Shown: positions 1-12,053, counted from the stretch's first letter. The stretch: DNA of 64,000 bases from Candidatus Poribacteria bacterium (GCA_965198175.1 OZ240245.1:2112001-2176000), one strand, 5' to 3'. Program-made: numbers and translations. The notes: generated by a model from the letters alone, not told the origin.

Positions 1-1916
1 TGAAGAAAGTCACCATTAGCATCGTTACAATTCTGGTTTTTGGGCTATCTATCGGCGCGTGTGGATGGATTAAGGCACGTAGGGAAAAATCCCCTGAACC
101 CGAGCAAAAAGTTGAAGTCGTCAAACATGGGGATTTTCAGATGCGAATTAGCGCGACGGGAAACCTCGAACCCCTTGTCGACGTTGAGATTAAGTCAAAC
201 GTCGAAGGTGAGATTATTACCCTGTATGTTGATGAGGGTGATTATGTTGAGGCAGGGCAGGTGTTGCTGGAAATCGATCCGGAGCAGTATGTAGAGCAAA
301 AGATACAGGCTAAAGCGGATGTCGATGCGTCGCAAGCGCAGTTTAGGCAGGCTGAACTCAACATTATACTCAAAAAAGAATCGCTTGACAGTCAACGGCG
401 GCAAGCAGAAGACAACGTCAAAATTGCCGAAGCAAATTCAAACACAACCATAACAACTTCCTTAACACAGATCATCCAAGCGGAAACTCAAATCCAAACG
501 TCGAAAAACGACTTAGTGCAGGATGAAATTGCACTGGATCAAGCAAAGATAGCACTCAATCAAGCGGAATTAACGCTCTCAGAACTTGAAACAGCACGTG
601 ATTCTGCGAAAATCGAGCTCAATAATGCTGAAGCTGAATTGAAACGGAACAAGGAACTGTTTGAGAAGAAACTTGTTTCTAAAAGATCTTTAGAGGAAGC
701 ACAATCGAGGCGTGCGAGTGCATCGTCACAATACAACAGCGCCGTTCAACGTGTGGCTTCTCAAAAGGAAGCGCTGGAATCTCAACAAAAGACGATTCAA
801 ACAAGAAAAACTGCAATTGATACACGTAACGCGACCTTAACGTATCAAAAACTGAATCTGGACAAGCTTCGTGAGATGAGAAAGGCGGAAGAAGAAGAAG
901 CGACACTCCATCTGAAAATTGCCGAAACCCGCCTTAACGAGATTCGCCGAACGTACAAGGAAGAACAAGACGTGGTCGAGGAGTCAAAAGAGAGTGCAAA
1001 AGCAAATCTTCTACGACGCAAGAGTAGCTTAAAAAACCAGGAGGAGCGTTTGACGTGGACGACAATCAAGGCACCTATGTCAGGCACGGTGACCCTTCTG
1101 GAAGTCGAAGAGGGTGAGATTGTGACTTCGGGCAGATCGGCATTCGCGCAAAGTCCACCTCTGATGACGATTGGGGATCTGTCGAAAATGGTGGTGAAGA
1201 CCTTCATCAACGAAGTCGATATGGAGAGGCTGCGCTTGAACCAGGAGGCCGAAATCAAAGCTGACGCTTATCAGAACAAAATCTATAAAGGATGCATCGT
1301 AGAGATTGCTCCAAGCGGGGTTGAACGCGATAATATTATCACCTTTGAGGTCATGGTCAAAGTTGTTGGTTCACCCCCTGAGCTACGACCGGGCATGAGT
1401 GCTGATGTTGATATCATCACTTACGAGGAGAAGGATGTTTTGCTGCTGCCCAGAGATGCCATCGAAGAAAAAACATCCGCGATTGTCACGGCGAAAATCG
1501 GTGATGATGGTACAGCTTTTAAGCCAAATCAACCAATTGAAGTCAAAAGTCCTAATGGAAAAACCTTCAAAGGAAATGTCATTGGAATTAACGATGGCGA
1601 ATTGACGATCGGCATTGATAGTTCACAACGCGGCTTGCGTCCTGGCAGACATACCTTCGTCGTTCTCGTAAACGGTCGGGAGAAACTGGATGGCGTTGCC
1701 GCACAAGTAGACATCGCTAAAGAAAGGTTTGCTCTGCTTGATGAAGATGGCGCTGTAAGTAGAAAGGACGCACCACAGGGCAGAAAAATTCCTATCGAAA
1801 CAGGTATGCAGAACGATACAGAAATCATCATCAAGAGCGGATTGAAGGTAGGTGACAGGGTGATTCTGCCCCATTTGGAACCGAAAGGCTTAACTCAATG
1901 GGGGCGCGAAGGATAA
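1..1916 (+). CDS. Efflux transporter periplasmic adaptor subunit (MacA/HlyD-like) with long coiled coil; start codon cut by the window edge
   Basis: Frame is open from base 1 ((A)TG AAG AAA GTC = MKKVTISIVTILVFGLSIG membrane anchor). Lipoyl half-motifs VDEGDYVEAGQVL and IKAPMSGTV; C-terminal LRPGMSA and SGLKVGD. Confidence 0.9.
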   Translation, partial: KKVTISIVTILVFGLSIGACGWIKARREKSPEPEQKVEVVKHGDFQMRISATGNLEPLVDVEIKSNVEGEIITLYVDEGDYVEAGQVLLEIDPEQYVEQKIQAKADVDASQAQFRQAELNIILKKESLDSQRRQAEDNVKIAEANSNTTITTSLTQIIQAETQIQTSKNDLVQDEIALDQAKIALNQAELTLSELETARDSAKIELNNAEAELKRNKELFEKKLVSKRSLEEAQSRRASASSQYNSAVQRVASQKEALESQQKTIQTRKTAIDTRNATLTYQKLNLDKLREMRKAEEEEATLHLKIAETRLNEIRRTYKEEQDVVEESKESAKANLLRRKSSLKNQEERLTWTTIKAPMSGTVTLLEVEEGEIVTSGRSAFAQSPPLMTIGDLSKMVVKTFINEVDMERLRLNQEAEIKADAYQNKIYKGCIVEIAPSGVERDNIITFEVMVKVVGSPPELRPGMSADVDIITYEEKDVLLLPRDAIEEKTSAIVTAKIGDDGTAFKPNQPIEVKSPNGKTFKGNVIGINDGELTIGIDSSQRGLRPGRHTFVVLVNGREKLDGVAAQVDIAKERFALLDEDGAVSRKDAPQGRKIPIETGMQNDTEIIIKSGLKVGDRVILPHLEPKGLTQWGREG

Positions 1917-1939
1917 CGCCTTCCAAACCAAAGATTCAG

Positions 1940-1974
1940 GCGTCTTGTTCAACCAAGACGCTTTATTTGTTTTT
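1940..1974 (+). terminator. Intrinsic terminator
   Basis: GCGTCTTG-ttcaac-CAAGACGC stem followed by TTTATTTGTTTTT, just after the adaptor gene stop. Confidence 0.7.
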
Positions 1975-2109
1975 ACTCAGAAAAAATCAATTCGCATAAC
2001 TAATGAATCGAGGAGGAATGTTCACAGGAATGCGAGGCTATACCCCACGTGCGGGGTGAATTGAGGATCTACACCGACTGAGATTGCCCTGAAGTGATTT
2101 TTTCTCACG

Positions 2110-2907
2110 CTACGAAAATTCTATTACCTGCCCATCATACGACAGATAGACATTCTCAGGCAATTCAATGTTTTGTTCCTGACACTGCTCACGAAAATAT
2201 CGATGATTCAGTCGGTGCATGATGTGTGTAAAGTAGGTTTCTTGCGGTTGTAGTTCATTAACAATCTCTATTGCCTCGCCAACAGCGAGGTGGGTTGGGT
2301 GACGCGGATTAAAACTTAGCGCATCAATAATCAGCACCTCAACGCTGCGCAGCAGTTCTTTGGAAGAATCCGGTAAGCGCTTCACGTCAGGAACATACCC
2401 GAAGTTATCAATCCGATAGCCAAATGTCGTGACGGCACCATGCTCAACGGGAATCGGTGTAATTTCGAACCCGTGCACCTCAAATTGCTCGTTAATGGTG
2501 TGAGGCAGCAAATGTCCCACGCCCCCACCTTGAAACGTCTCTTTGCTAAACATGTAATCGTAATTGCGCTTCAGAATCCGTATTGTCTCCTCCGGACCGT
2601 AAATCGGTATATCCATCTGCTGCTTACGGCAAGGCATCACTAGATCGTTTGTCCCACTGATGTGATCGGCGTGGCAGTGGGTATACACCACCGCGTCAAT
2701 CCATTCAACTCTATTCCTATTAATCTGATCGATGAAGTTGGGACCAGTATCAAATTGCAGGTGCTTCCCATTCTTTTTGATGTGAATCGATGGGCGTGTC
2801 CGGTAGTTCTTTGAGTGTGGTTGTCGCGCATCTTCACAGGTTTCGCAAGTGCATTTATATTCTGGAACCCCTGTCGAAGTGCCTGAACCGAGAACCGTGA
2901 TTTTCAT
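2110..2907 (-). CDS. MBL-fold metallo-hydrolase, PhnP-like
   Basis: LGSGTSTGVP, CxCxxC, THCHADH (HxHxDH), HPTH and FTH motifs. Confidence 0.9.
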   Translation of the reverse strand: MKITVLGSGTSTGVPEYKCTCETCEDARQPHSKNYRTRPSIHIKKNGKHLQFDTGPNFIDQINRNRVEWIDAVVYTHCHADHISGTNDLVMPCRKQQMDIPIYGPEETIRILKRNYDYMFSKETFQGGGVGHLLPHTINEQFEVHGFEITPIPVEHGAVTTFGYRIDNFGYVPDVKRLPDSSKELLRSVEVLIIDALSFNPRHPTHLAVGEAIEIVNELQPQETYFTHIMHRLNHRYFREQCQEQNIELPENVYLSYDGQVIEFS

Positions 2908-3029
2908 AGGTGATTCCTTCTAAGAGCTGCATTAAAGAGGGCTGCCGCCTATGATATATTAGACAGAATGAGAATGCAACGTCAAAATTGCGCGTGCCCT
3001 CTTAATTCGACTAATCCTTTTTTTGATGA

Positions 3030-3058
3030 TTGACAATCCGGACACTGGTTGCTAAAAT
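3030..3058 (+). promoter_or_regulatory. sigma70-type promoter of msrA
   Basis: TTGACA-N17-TAAAAT with extended TG. Confidence 0.65.
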
Positions 3059-3114
3059 GAAGGTAGTATTTTTGATCTCGTCATAGAAAGCATCATGGTA
3101 GTGGTGAAGGGATT

Positions 3115-3675
3115 ATGTCGACTCAATTTGAAACAGCAACGTTCGGCGCAGGTTGTTTCTGGTGTGTCGAAGCTATTTTTCAGCGCCTAGAAGGAGTGCA
3201 ACAAGTAGTTTCTGGCTATGCTGGCGGCGTGGTTGAAAATCCAACTTATCAGCAGGTTTGCAGTGAAGCCACTGGTCATGCAGAAGTGGTACAGATTGCC
3301 TTTGCTCCCCAAGTCATATCGTTTGACGACTTGCTATATGTTTTTTGGCGCACGCACGATCCAACAACTTTGAACCGGCAGGGTGCCGACGTTGGTACCC
3401 AATACCGTTCAGCGATTCTTTATCGCAGTGAGGAACAGAAAGCCATTGCCGAAAGTTCCAAGTGCGAAACAGATGCCTCAGACTTGTGGCCGGATCCGAT
3501 TGTTACAGAGATTGTCCCCTGTCTCGATTTTTACCCAGCGGAGGTTTATCACCAGAATTACTATAGACTCAATCCCAACCAGCCATATTGTCAGTTAATA
3601 ATCAATCCCAAAATCCGAAAATTCAAAGAAGAATTTGATGAGAAGCTAACAAATACGGACCAGATAAAGAACTGA
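3115..3675 (+). CDS. msrA: Peptide methionine sulfoxide reductase A
   Basis: GCFWC active site; HDPTTLNRQGADVGTQYRS; AEVYHQNY. Confidence 0.97.
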   Translation: MSTQFETATFGAGCFWCVEAIFQRLEGVQQVVSGYAGGVVENPTYQQVCSEATGHAEVVQIAFAPQVISFDDLLYVFWRTHDPTTLNRQGADVGTQYRSAILYRSEEQKAIAESSKCETDASDLWPDPIVTEIVPCLDFYPAEVYHQNYYRLNPNQPYCQLIINPKIRKFKEEFDEKLTNTDQIKN

Positions 3676-3964
3676 AAAGAAACCGATTCACAATGGGCGC
3701 AAGGCTTAGACGATTAATGTAGCTATCTTGGCACGGTTTCCAAACACAAAATTTATGTTCGATCTCGAGGAACAACGAATCAAGAAATTACTGATATTCA
3801 CTGGGTTTTATAATTCTTACAAGTTCTGGGTTATTGACAAGACAGACAATCCGGGCCCATGCTTTCTACTTATGGGAGCGAGGCATTGATGGGTGTGTCC
3901 TCTTCTCAAAGTCACAACAGAAGATAACGTTCGTTTTGGCATGACGAACTAATAGTGGGATGAA

Positions 3965-5104
3965 ATGAAAATCTTACATACCGCTGATATTCATCTCGAC
4001 TGGAAATTTTCGGGAATTCAGGACGCATCAAACCGTCGCCGCCGTCATCAAGAACATCGTGATGTATTTCGTCGGATTGTTAAGGTTGGGTTAGAGGAAC
4101 AAATTGATGTAATGTTCATCGTTGGAGACCTTTTTGAGCAAAGCAGTTTTTCATTGGATACGATTCGATTTATTCAGCGCGAGTTGGAACAACTCAAACC
4201 GACGCCCGTTTTCATTGCGCCTGGCAATCACGACCCTAGGATCTCGGGAAGCCCTTATCTGTTGGATGGTTGGGGAGATCATGTTGATATTTTCCGAAAC
4301 AATCAATTTACTTCCCGTTCACTCAATGAACATAACGCTGTCATTTATGGCATTGCCTATACCGCCGACACGGGTGAGAAAAATCACCTTCAGGATTTTC
4401 GCGTTGAATCACAAAGTAAATTGAATATTCTGCTTCTGCACGGCTCAGATATGAATGCTGTTCCTGAAACTCACAATGAGACCGCATGTTTCCCTTTCTC
4501 GCGGTCGGATCTGCATAATTGCGGTGCAGATTATATTGCACTCGGACACTATCACATGTGCCGCTTCATCCCTGACAATCAACCAATTGCCGCCTATCCT
4601 GGTTCGCCCGAAGGAATGAGCTATTCCGAGTTGGGAGAGCGTTACGTTATTGTCGGAGAACTCACAAAAGATGAAAATCAATTGCGTAAGGTACGAGTTA
4701 ACCGGCGAGAATACCGAGATGTAACATGGGATTGTACAGGGTGTACTACGCGCGAAGAAGTACTTGATGGACTCCGCCAATTGATCGACTCACAACAACT
4801 GGGAGAGCACATTCTGCGAATTCGACTCACCGGAACAACGTCGGTAGAAATTGATATGGACTTGTCCTTGATGCGTGAAACCCTAAGTAAGCACTACTGT
4901 TTTCAAGCCGTGCTGATTAATGAAACATCCGTAAAATGGGATTTGGAGGCGTTACGTTCGCAGCAGAATGTGCGTGGGGAGTTTGTGCGCCAGATAGAGA
5001 ACATAATTGAAGGGGCGGCTGAAGAAGAAATCAATCGCTATCGGGCGGCGATGGATTATGGACTCCAAGCCCTATCGGAAAATCAGGAGGTGAAGCTACG
5101 ATGA
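3965..5104 (+). CDS. SbcD/Mre11/YhaO-like DNA repair metallophosphoesterase
   Basis: HTADIH, GDLF, GNHD and ALGHYH motifs; overlaps next gene (ATGA). Confidence 0.9.
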   Translation: MKILHTADIHLDWKFSGIQDASNRRRRHQEHRDVFRRIVKVGLEEQIDVMFIVGDLFEQSSFSLDTIRFIQRELEQLKPTPVFIAPGNHDPRISGSPYLLDGWGDHVDIFRNNQFTSRSLNEHNAVIYGIAYTADTGEKNHLQDFRVESQSKLNILLLHGSDMNAVPETHNETACFPFSRSDLHNCGADYIALGHYHMCRFIPDNQPIAAYPGSPEGMSYSELGERYVIVGELTKDENQLRKVRVNRREYRDVTWDCTGCTTREEVLDGLRQLIDSQQLGEHILRIRLTGTTSVEIDMDLSLMRETLSKHYCFQAVLINETSVKWDLEALRSQQNVRGEFVRQIENIIEGAAEEEINRYRAAMDYGLQALSENQEVKLR

Positions 5105-7959
5105 AAATTCAGAATCTGTTGATTGAAGGATTTGGAAAAATCTCCAAGATGGAATTAAATTTAGGTGCGGGTCTGAACGTGATTTACGGTAAAAACGAAG
5201 CCGGTAAAACCACGCTAAAAACCTTCATCTACGGTATGTTGTACGGTTTTCTCAAACCTGGAGATTATAAGGTTCGCAAGTTTGAAGATGCGTACGAGAA
5301 ATATCGTCCATGGCAAGATGACCAGAAATACGGTGGGGAATTGGTTTACACGCTCTCCTCAAAACAAAGATTCCGGGTCAAGCGTGACTTTAATTTAGAC
5401 ACAGTGACCATCATTGATGAAAACACATGGCAGGATTTGACCGAGGATTTTCCGGTTTACCTGAAAGAATGCCAGTTTGCACAAGGACATTTAGGAATCG
5501 AAAAGGAGATTTTTCGAGATTGCGTCTATATTAAGCAGCAAAACATTGATACTATTGAGAATCCGGGGGCTTTAGCAAGTCGGCTCCAATCTATTGCGAC
5601 GACTAGCACAGAAGAACTTTCGCTTCAGACAGCATTGGATAAGCTTGATAGCGCATCAGATCGAGTTGGGACGGAACAACGCCGCAAAACTAGCCCTCTC
5701 GGTCGGTGCAGTGCAAAAACTGAACAGCTTAAGAATGAGCATGCCGACGTAAGAAAAAAGCACGATCAACTTACACTTAGCATTAATGAACTCGACGCGC
5801 TAAAACAGCAGAGATCAGGTCCCTTGAACGAACAGCAGCAATTTCAGTATCTTATAGCTTGTGTAGAGGCAAAAGAAATCGAGACGCGATTAGAGAATAT
5901 CCGCGATTACAACGTAAATATTGATCAGATTGAGCAGGAATTGGAAATCTTGCAAGCGTACCAGAATTTCCCAGTCGATCGTAGAGACGAACTTCTAATC
6001 TCTCAGACACAACTATCCGAAAACAAACGGCGGAAAGAGAAACTCGAGGTAGAGCTTTGTGACAATGAAAAAGATCAGCTTGAACTTCTAGAACAATTAC
6101 AATCTTTATCAGGTTGTGAACAAATTGGAGAAAGACTTGAGGAGATACGCAGGTTAGAATCGCGACATAAACTCTTGATTGAAGAAGAAATAAAAGATAG
6201 TGCCGCACTAGCAGACATACAAGAAGACTTCACGATGCAATCTAATTGGCTGAATGATGACGAATCGCGGTTCAATTCGATGGATAATGACCAATTTACG
6301 CAGATACTCCAGGATGAATCTAACCTACAACAGAACCAAGAAAATCTCGATCTCCGTCAGCGAGAAATTAATCGTGAATCCGAACGACTCGACAACTTAA
6401 ATCATCGTAGGCAAAGTCAGAAAAAACAATCCAAATTCCTGATTTTTAGCGGTGTAGTTGCTTGGATAGCAGCCGCTGTTCTCCTCACCTTGAGCGTTGC
6501 ATTGAGTGTTGTCATCTTCTCAGTTGGGCTTTTGGGTGGATTCTTCAGTATTCAAAAGCGAAAGCAGGTGAAAACTCTTGAAAGCCAAATTGATGAATTG
6601 TCAGCCGACATAGAAAATAAAAAGGTAGAATTTGAGCGAGACCAACAAGAACTTGCAGATGCTAAAAAGGTAATGGAAGACTTATTTGAACAGGTTGCAG
6701 TTTCTTCCTCTGATGAATTAAAAGCAGAATATGCCAAACTCCAAGAGCAAAGGCAGGACGTAAAGCGACTCAAAGAGAGAGTCGAGGAATTGAATGACAA
6801 ACTCCAGCGAACGCAGGAAGATCGCCAGGATACCGAGAGACAACTTTATAACTTGATATCGCCTGCACTTGATTCAAAAGAGGGCGGTATTGACGATTGG
6901 CTAGCGCTATTCCGGGCAAACTAAAAACGCTATGAATCTTTGCTTAAACAATATAATGATGCGAAAAGAAAAGTTGAAAGCCTCAAATCTGAACACGATG
7001 ATGTAAGTAGTACAACTGATGAATTCCATGCTGGAATTGAACGGATTCTAGAAGAAGCAAGTGTGGAAACACTAGAAGAACACAACGGTGGATGGGAAAA
7101 ACATGAGCAATACCAAGATGGGCATGCAGAGGTAAACAATCTGATAAATGCCCGCAATAACTTATTGGGCGAACAGGACCTTGACGCATGGCAACAACAT
7201 CTTAAGCAACATCAAACACAGATACAAAATTTAATCAATGACCATCCCGACCTAATAGACACAAACTTTGACCTAAGTGCTAAAGCGACTTACCAACAGG
7301 AGCGCAACAAACGCTCGGAAAAATTACGTGAGATCGAAAACCAAATTCACGCTGTTAACGGACGAATCGAAACCCAGATGGTGAATTCACGTCCTCTCTT
7401 CGAAATTGAGGAGGAACTTGAGGAGGCGACTTTGGAAAAAGGGAATCTGGAAAAACAAAAGGAAGCTCTAATGCTTGCCAAAGATCAATTAGAATCTGTT
7501 TCACAAGAATTTTTTACAACTCGCTTTGCTCCGGAATTGCAGGACATTGTTGCACCGATGCTTCAAACCGTTGCGGGACAATACAGCGAAATCCGTTTCG
7601 ATGAAAAATTGAATCTGAAAGTTAGAATTCCAGGATTAAATATGATTAAGGATGTCGAAAACTTGAGTCAGGGGACGCTCGATCAGATTTACTTCCTACT
7701 CAAAGCCGGCGTTGCTCAGATGTTTTCCAAAAACCGAGAACCGCTGCCACTATTGCTAGATGATCCGTTTGTAGCTTGTGATGATGAGCGATTGGATCGG
7801 ATTTGGGACATTCTCGGTAATCTCGCAAGCCAAACCCAGATCTTGTTTTTCACTTGTCATAGTTCGCAGATGCTAGACGTTGAGAAGCGTTTCAGTAGTG
7901 ATGCAAATACTGTCACTTCCGATGTGGGGGACTTTACTCTTTTGTCAATTGATGCATGA
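5101..7959 (+). pseudogene. YhaN/SbcC-like SMC-type ATPase interrupted by one in-frame TAA (6922-6924)
   Basis: Walker A GKNEAGKTT in 5101..6924; signature LSQGTLDQ, Walker B LLLDD and FTCH in 6940..7959. Both ORFs share a frame (...FRAN*KRYESLLKQ...). Two central TM helices as in YhaN-type proteins. Confidence 0.8.
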
Positions 7960-8079
7960 ATACCTTCCCCATATTCCTTATTGCATCAACAATTTTGTGA
8001 CTTTCTGTACGCGTTCGTTGAGTCTGTGGCGATCGGACTTTCGTGCAAATTGTTGAGATGTCGCTGTGGAGATAAACCG

Positions 8080-8109
8080 TTGACTCTATCACGTATCGTG
8101 TAGTATAAT
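8080..8109 (+). promoter_or_regulatory. sigma70-type promoter of tyrS
   Basis: TTGACT-N18-TATAAT. Confidence 0.6.
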
Positions 8110-8168
8110 TAGCTAGCTGGAACCACAGGGATGAAGATGTTAAAACGATATGTATTGAGGGATCCAGT

Positions 8169-9401
8169 GTGCATGCGCAACTGAGTATTGAAGAACAGAT
8201 TGCCCGCATCCGCAGGGGCACAGCAGAGATTATCTCTGAAGCAGAACTTGTCCGAAAATTGAAGATGGCTAGGGAACAAAATCGACCCCTGCGCGTCAAA
8301 CTCGGGCTCGATCCCACAGCACCAGATATTCATCTTGGACTTGCCGTTGTTCTGCGCAAACTCCGTCAGTTTCAAGATCTCGGTCACCAGGTCATCGTCA
8401 TCATCGGGGATTTTACGGCGATGATTGGCGATCCCACTGGTACATCGAAGACGCGACCACAGCTTTCAGAGGAACAAATCAACCTCAACGCCAAAACCTA
8501 CGAAGAACAATATTGTAAAATATTGGATCCGTCGAAAACCTCCACTGTTTTCAACAGTCAATGGCTTGGCGAAATGTCCTTCGCGGATGTAATTAATCTT
8601 AGCGCCAAAACCACCGTCGCGAGGGTGTTAGAACGGGCTGATTTCGCCAATAGATTCCAGGGAGGAGTACCAATTAGCTTACACGAAATGCTGTACCCAA
8701 TCTGTCAAGGCTATGATTCCGTGGTTTTAGATGCAGACATTGAGATGGGTGGTACAGACCAAAAATTCAATATTCTGACGGGGCGAGATCTCCAACGTGC
8801 CTACGGCCAGCCTCCCCAAGTTGCACTTCTGATGCCCTTGCTCGTCGGGTTGGACGGACGCGAAAAAATGAGCAAATCCCTCGACAACTATGTCGGGATT
8901 TATGAACCACCCAACGAAATGTACGCGAAGTTGATGTCTATTCCAGACGAGTTGATGTTCGCCTACTTTGAGCTAGCAACTGATGTACCGCTTGATGAAA
9001 TCCGAAAGTTCGAAGTAGAATTAGGCAACGGCGATCTTCACCCAAGAGCCGTAAAGCAGAGACTCGCGCGTGAAATTGTATCGATTTATCATAATCAAGA
9101 TGCAGCGAAATCGGCTGAAGCTGAATTTGACAAGGTTCATCGTGATCGACAACCCCCTAAAGACCTCCCTCAAGTTGCTATTCCTTCGACTGCGCTCGCC
9201 GATGGCAAAATCTGGCTTACCCATCTCATCACGCGAGCCGGATTTGCCAAAAGCACCAGCGAAGCAAGGCGATTGGTTCAACAAGGCGGGGTGCGTCTTG
9301 ATGATAAGCGGATTACCGATTCATCTCTCGAAATTGTTTTGTGTAGCGGGAGTGTGTTACAAGTTGGGAAGCGACGGTTTGCAAGACTGATCATTCAATA
9401 A
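8169..9401 (+). CDS. tyrS: Tyrosine--tRNA ligase
   Basis: [12 protein letters not shown] (HIGH), GGTDQ, KMSKS, C-terminal S4 domain. Confidence 0.97.
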   Translation: MHAQLSIEEQIARIRRGTAEIISEAELVRKLKMAREQNRPLRVKLGLDPTAPDIHLGLAVVLRKLRQFQDLGHQVIVIIGDFTAMIGDPTGTSKTRPQLSEEQINLNAKTYEEQYCKILDPSKTSTVFNSQWLGEMSFADVINLSAKTTVARVLERADFANRFQGGVPISLHEMLYPICQGYDSVVLDADIEMGGTDQKFNILTGRDLQRAYGQPPQVALLMPLLVGLDGREKMSKSLDNYVGIYEPPNEMYAKLMSIPDELMFAYFELATDVPLDEIRKFEVELGNGDLHPRAVKQRLAREIVSIYHNQDAAKSAEAEFDKVHRDRQPPKDLPQVAIPSTALADGKIWLTHLITRAGFAKSTSEARRLVQQGGVRLDDKRITDSSLEIVLCSGSVLQVGKRRFARLIIQ

Positions 9402-9425
9402 ATCTATGATTCACGTTTTAATCTT

Positions 9426-10091
9426 ATGAAAACCTGTCTGTTCTTACCTGCTTACAATGAATCCCGAACCATCGGTCGGATTATCCAAGAAGCGAGTCTT
9501 TTCGTCGGACACATTATCGTTATTGATGACGGTTCATCCGATAATTCAGCGGAGGTCGCGAGGACACACGGCGCAGTTGTTCTGAAACATACTCAGAATC
9601 GCGGAAAGGGACGCGCGCTGCGGACCGGCTTTGATTACGCTCTCCAAAATGGCTATGAATTGATTGCTACGATGGATAGTGATATGCAACATGACCCCAT
9701 GGATTTACCGCGTTTCTTCGACCATTTTCGTCGAACACGTCCGGATATCCTCATCGGTGGACGGTTTAAAGGACGATCGACGATGCCTCGGCATCGACGC
9801 CTGAATAACTGGTTGGTTTCCATTGTTGGTTCAGCACTTTGTGAGCAAAAAGTCCCGGATTTTCAGTCCGGTTACCGACTCATCAAGGCAGAGGTCTTGA
9901 AAGCCATCCGACTGGAAACCGAGCGATATGAAACGGAATCGGAGTTCTTAATCAAAGCGGGGCGGCTCGGTTTTCGGATTGAGAGCACCCCAATCCAGGC
10001 GATCTACCGGAATGAAGTCAGCAATGTCAAGCTGCCGCGAGAAATGAGCCTATTTACCCGTTTGCTTATCAAAAGTCTCAGAGAAAAATAA
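9426..10091 (+). CDS. Glycosyltransferase family 2 (DPM1-like)
   Basis: PAYNE, DDGSSD, NRGKG, DSDMQH, DFQSGYR. Confidence 0.9.
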   Translation: MKTCLFLPAYNESRTIGRIIQEASLFVGHIIVIDDGSSDNSAEVARTHGAVVLKHTQNRGKGRALRTGFDYALQNGYELIATMDSDMQHDPMDLPRFFDHFRRTRPDILIGGRFKGRSTMPRHRRLNNWLVSIVGSALCEQKVPDFQSGYRLIKAEVLKAIRLETERYETESEFLIKAGRLGFRIESTPIQAIYRNEVSNVKLPREMSLFTRLLIKSLREK

Positions 10092-10243
10092 TAGGTTTAG
10101 ATGTCATTGTGGCAGCAATAATGTTGGTGAACGTATTATGTATAGTGACCGCAGGCAGAAAGAAATAATGGGATTCCGCGAGATTCATCATATGCAAGGC
10201 GCATGACACCGCTGAGGGTTCAAAACATGTTTCGCGGGTAATT

Positions 10244-10996
10244 ATGATTTTTGTGACCAACGACGACGGCATTGAATCAGCGGGATTGAAAGCGCTCGTC
10301 GAGGCGCTTGAATGCCTCGACGAAGTATATATCGTGGCGCCCGACCGGGAACGCAGCGCGATTGGGATGGCAATTACGCTCCATCGTCCGCTCAGAGCGA
10401 AGCAGGTGGCGGATCGCGCCTACGCAGTTGACGGAACGCCAGTCGATTGCGTGGATCTTGCCGTCAGTGCGTTGCTTCCTGAACGTCCGAAACTCCTCGT
10501 TTCCGGCATCAATCATGGACAAAATCTGGGACAAGATCTTCATTTTTCGGGAACCGTTGCGGCTGCGAAAAAAGGTACTTTTCTGGGCATCCCGTCGATT
10601 GCGATTTCACTCGTTTCTGCCCCAGTCTATCACTACGGAGCAGCGGCATCAATTGCCCGTCGCATCGCCAAGCAGGTGATTACGAGCAGATTGCCTGACC
10701 AGATTCTTCTCAATGTCAACGTCCCAAATTGCACGCTTTCAGAGCTTCGGGGGATCGAGATGACACGGCAGGATCTCGGGACTTATGATGCACAAGCTAT
10801 CAGACGTTTGGATCGACAGGGAAATCCGTACTACTGGATTGGCGGCGAACGCGAAAAAGTTGATCGACGAGAGGATACAGACCTCAACACCATACGCAAT
10901 CAATGCGTTTCGATTACACCAGTTCAACTGGACTTTACGGCTCATCACCTAATCGATTCACTGAAAAGTTGGCTTAATGATGAAACTATACAATAG
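10244..10996 (+). CDS. surE: 5'/3'-nucleotidase SurE
   Basis: TNDDG, GTPVDCV, SGINHGQN, SGTVAAA. Confidence 0.97.
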   Translation: MIFVTNDDGIESAGLKALVEALECLDEVYIVAPDRERSAIGMAITLHRPLRAKQVADRAYAVDGTPVDCVDLAVSALLPERPKLLVSGINHGQNLGQDLHFSGTVAAAKKGTFLGIPSIAISLVSAPVYHYGAAASIARRIAKQVITSRLPDQILLNVNVPNCTLSELRGIEMTRQDLGTYDAQAIRRLDRQGNPYYWIGGEREKVDRREDTDLNTIRNQCVSITPVQLDFTAHHLIDSLKSWLNDETIQ

Positions 10997-12053
10997 GACC
11001 GGAAAGAAAGATGCATTGCTTCATCCGACCAACCTTATCATTAAAGGATTTTTCATCGGAGTTGCCAATGTTATCCCGGGCATGAGCGGCGGAACGATGG
11101 CAATGGTGCTTGGCGTTTACGAACGCATGATTGGAGCTTTACATCAAATCGGGATTTCGACCGCGCTCAAGGTCCTACGGATAGTGACGTTTAAAAAGAG
11201 TGCAATATCTGAAGCACGAGCTGAGTTGCACCGGATTGACTTTGGATTTCTGACCATTATTGCTATTGGAGCGATTCTCGCGATTGTCGCTTCGTCTAGG
11301 CTGATTATTTCTCTGCTTAAACAATATCACGATCCCACCTACGGCTTCTTCTGTGGTTTGATTCTGACCTCTATTATTGTGCCGCTGAAGATAATGAAAC
11401 AATTTACCGCAAAAGCCCTTGTTTTTCTCCTAATTGCTATGGTTATGACCGTAGGGCTTTCGATGAATATGGGCGGCGAGAAAGTCCTGGAAAAATCTAA
11501 ACTCAAAAAACAGCTTCAAACCAATAGCCCGTCTTCCAATGGGACTTCTGTAGCAACAGACAATGGTCAGGGAGTTAAACAGGGCACCCTCCGTACAGTG
11601 AATCACTCCGCTGGTAGGCTATTGTATCTGTTCCTATGTGGTGCTGTTGCTATTTCTGCAATGATTCTCCCGGGGATTAGCGGTTCATTTATGCTGTTCC
11701 TTTTCGGAGTCTATTTTGATATTTTGGCAGCGATAAACAATCGAGATGCATTAGTATTAGCGATTTTCGCTTTTGGATGTGGTCTTGGCCTATTGGCGTT
11801 TTCACGCTTTTTAAACCACGTCCTCGAACACTATCACGATTTGACCGTATCCGTTTTAATTGGGCTGATGCTTGGTTCTGTATACGGAATCTGGCCCTTC
11901 CGAACTTATGAGATTGTTGGCGGCGAACGCATTGACGTTGCGCACATCATACCTCAAGTGAACATGAATGTGTTAATCACGGCGTTGGCATTTCTCGCCG
12001 GTTGTGGGGTTATTTTGCTGTTTTATCGATTCAAGCAAAGGGAATCGGCGTAA
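10977..12053 (+). CDS. DUF368 membrane protein (undecaprenyl phosphate translocase family)
   Basis: Duplicated motifs IPGMSGGT and LPGISGS; multiple TM helices. Confidence 0.88.
   Translation: MMKLYNRTGKKDALLHPTNLIIKGFFIGVANVIPGMSGGTMAMVLGVYERMIGALHQIGISTALKVLRIVTFKKSAISEARAELHRIDFGFLTIIAIGAILAIVASSRLIISLLKQYHDPTYGFFCGLILTSIIVPLKIMKQFTAKALVFLLIAMVMTVGLSMNMGGEKVLEKSKLKKQLQTNSPSSNGTSVATDNGQGVKQGTLRTVNHSAGRLLYLFLCGAVAISAMILPGISGSFMLFLFGVYFDILAAINNRDALVLAIFAFGCGLGLLAFSRFLNHVLEHYHDLTVSVLIGLMLGSVYGIWPFRTYEIVGGERIDVAHIIPQVNMNVLITALAFLAGCGVILLFYRFKQRESA

Noticed and set aside
2038..2062. TACCCCACGTGCGGGGTGAA hairpin resembling a type I-E CRISPR repeat
   Set aside because: Single copy; no spacers, no second repeat and no cas genes.
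7960..8168. T-box leader upstream of tyrS
   Set aside because: The promoter lies ~60 nt from the start; no T-box motif or terminator is visible.
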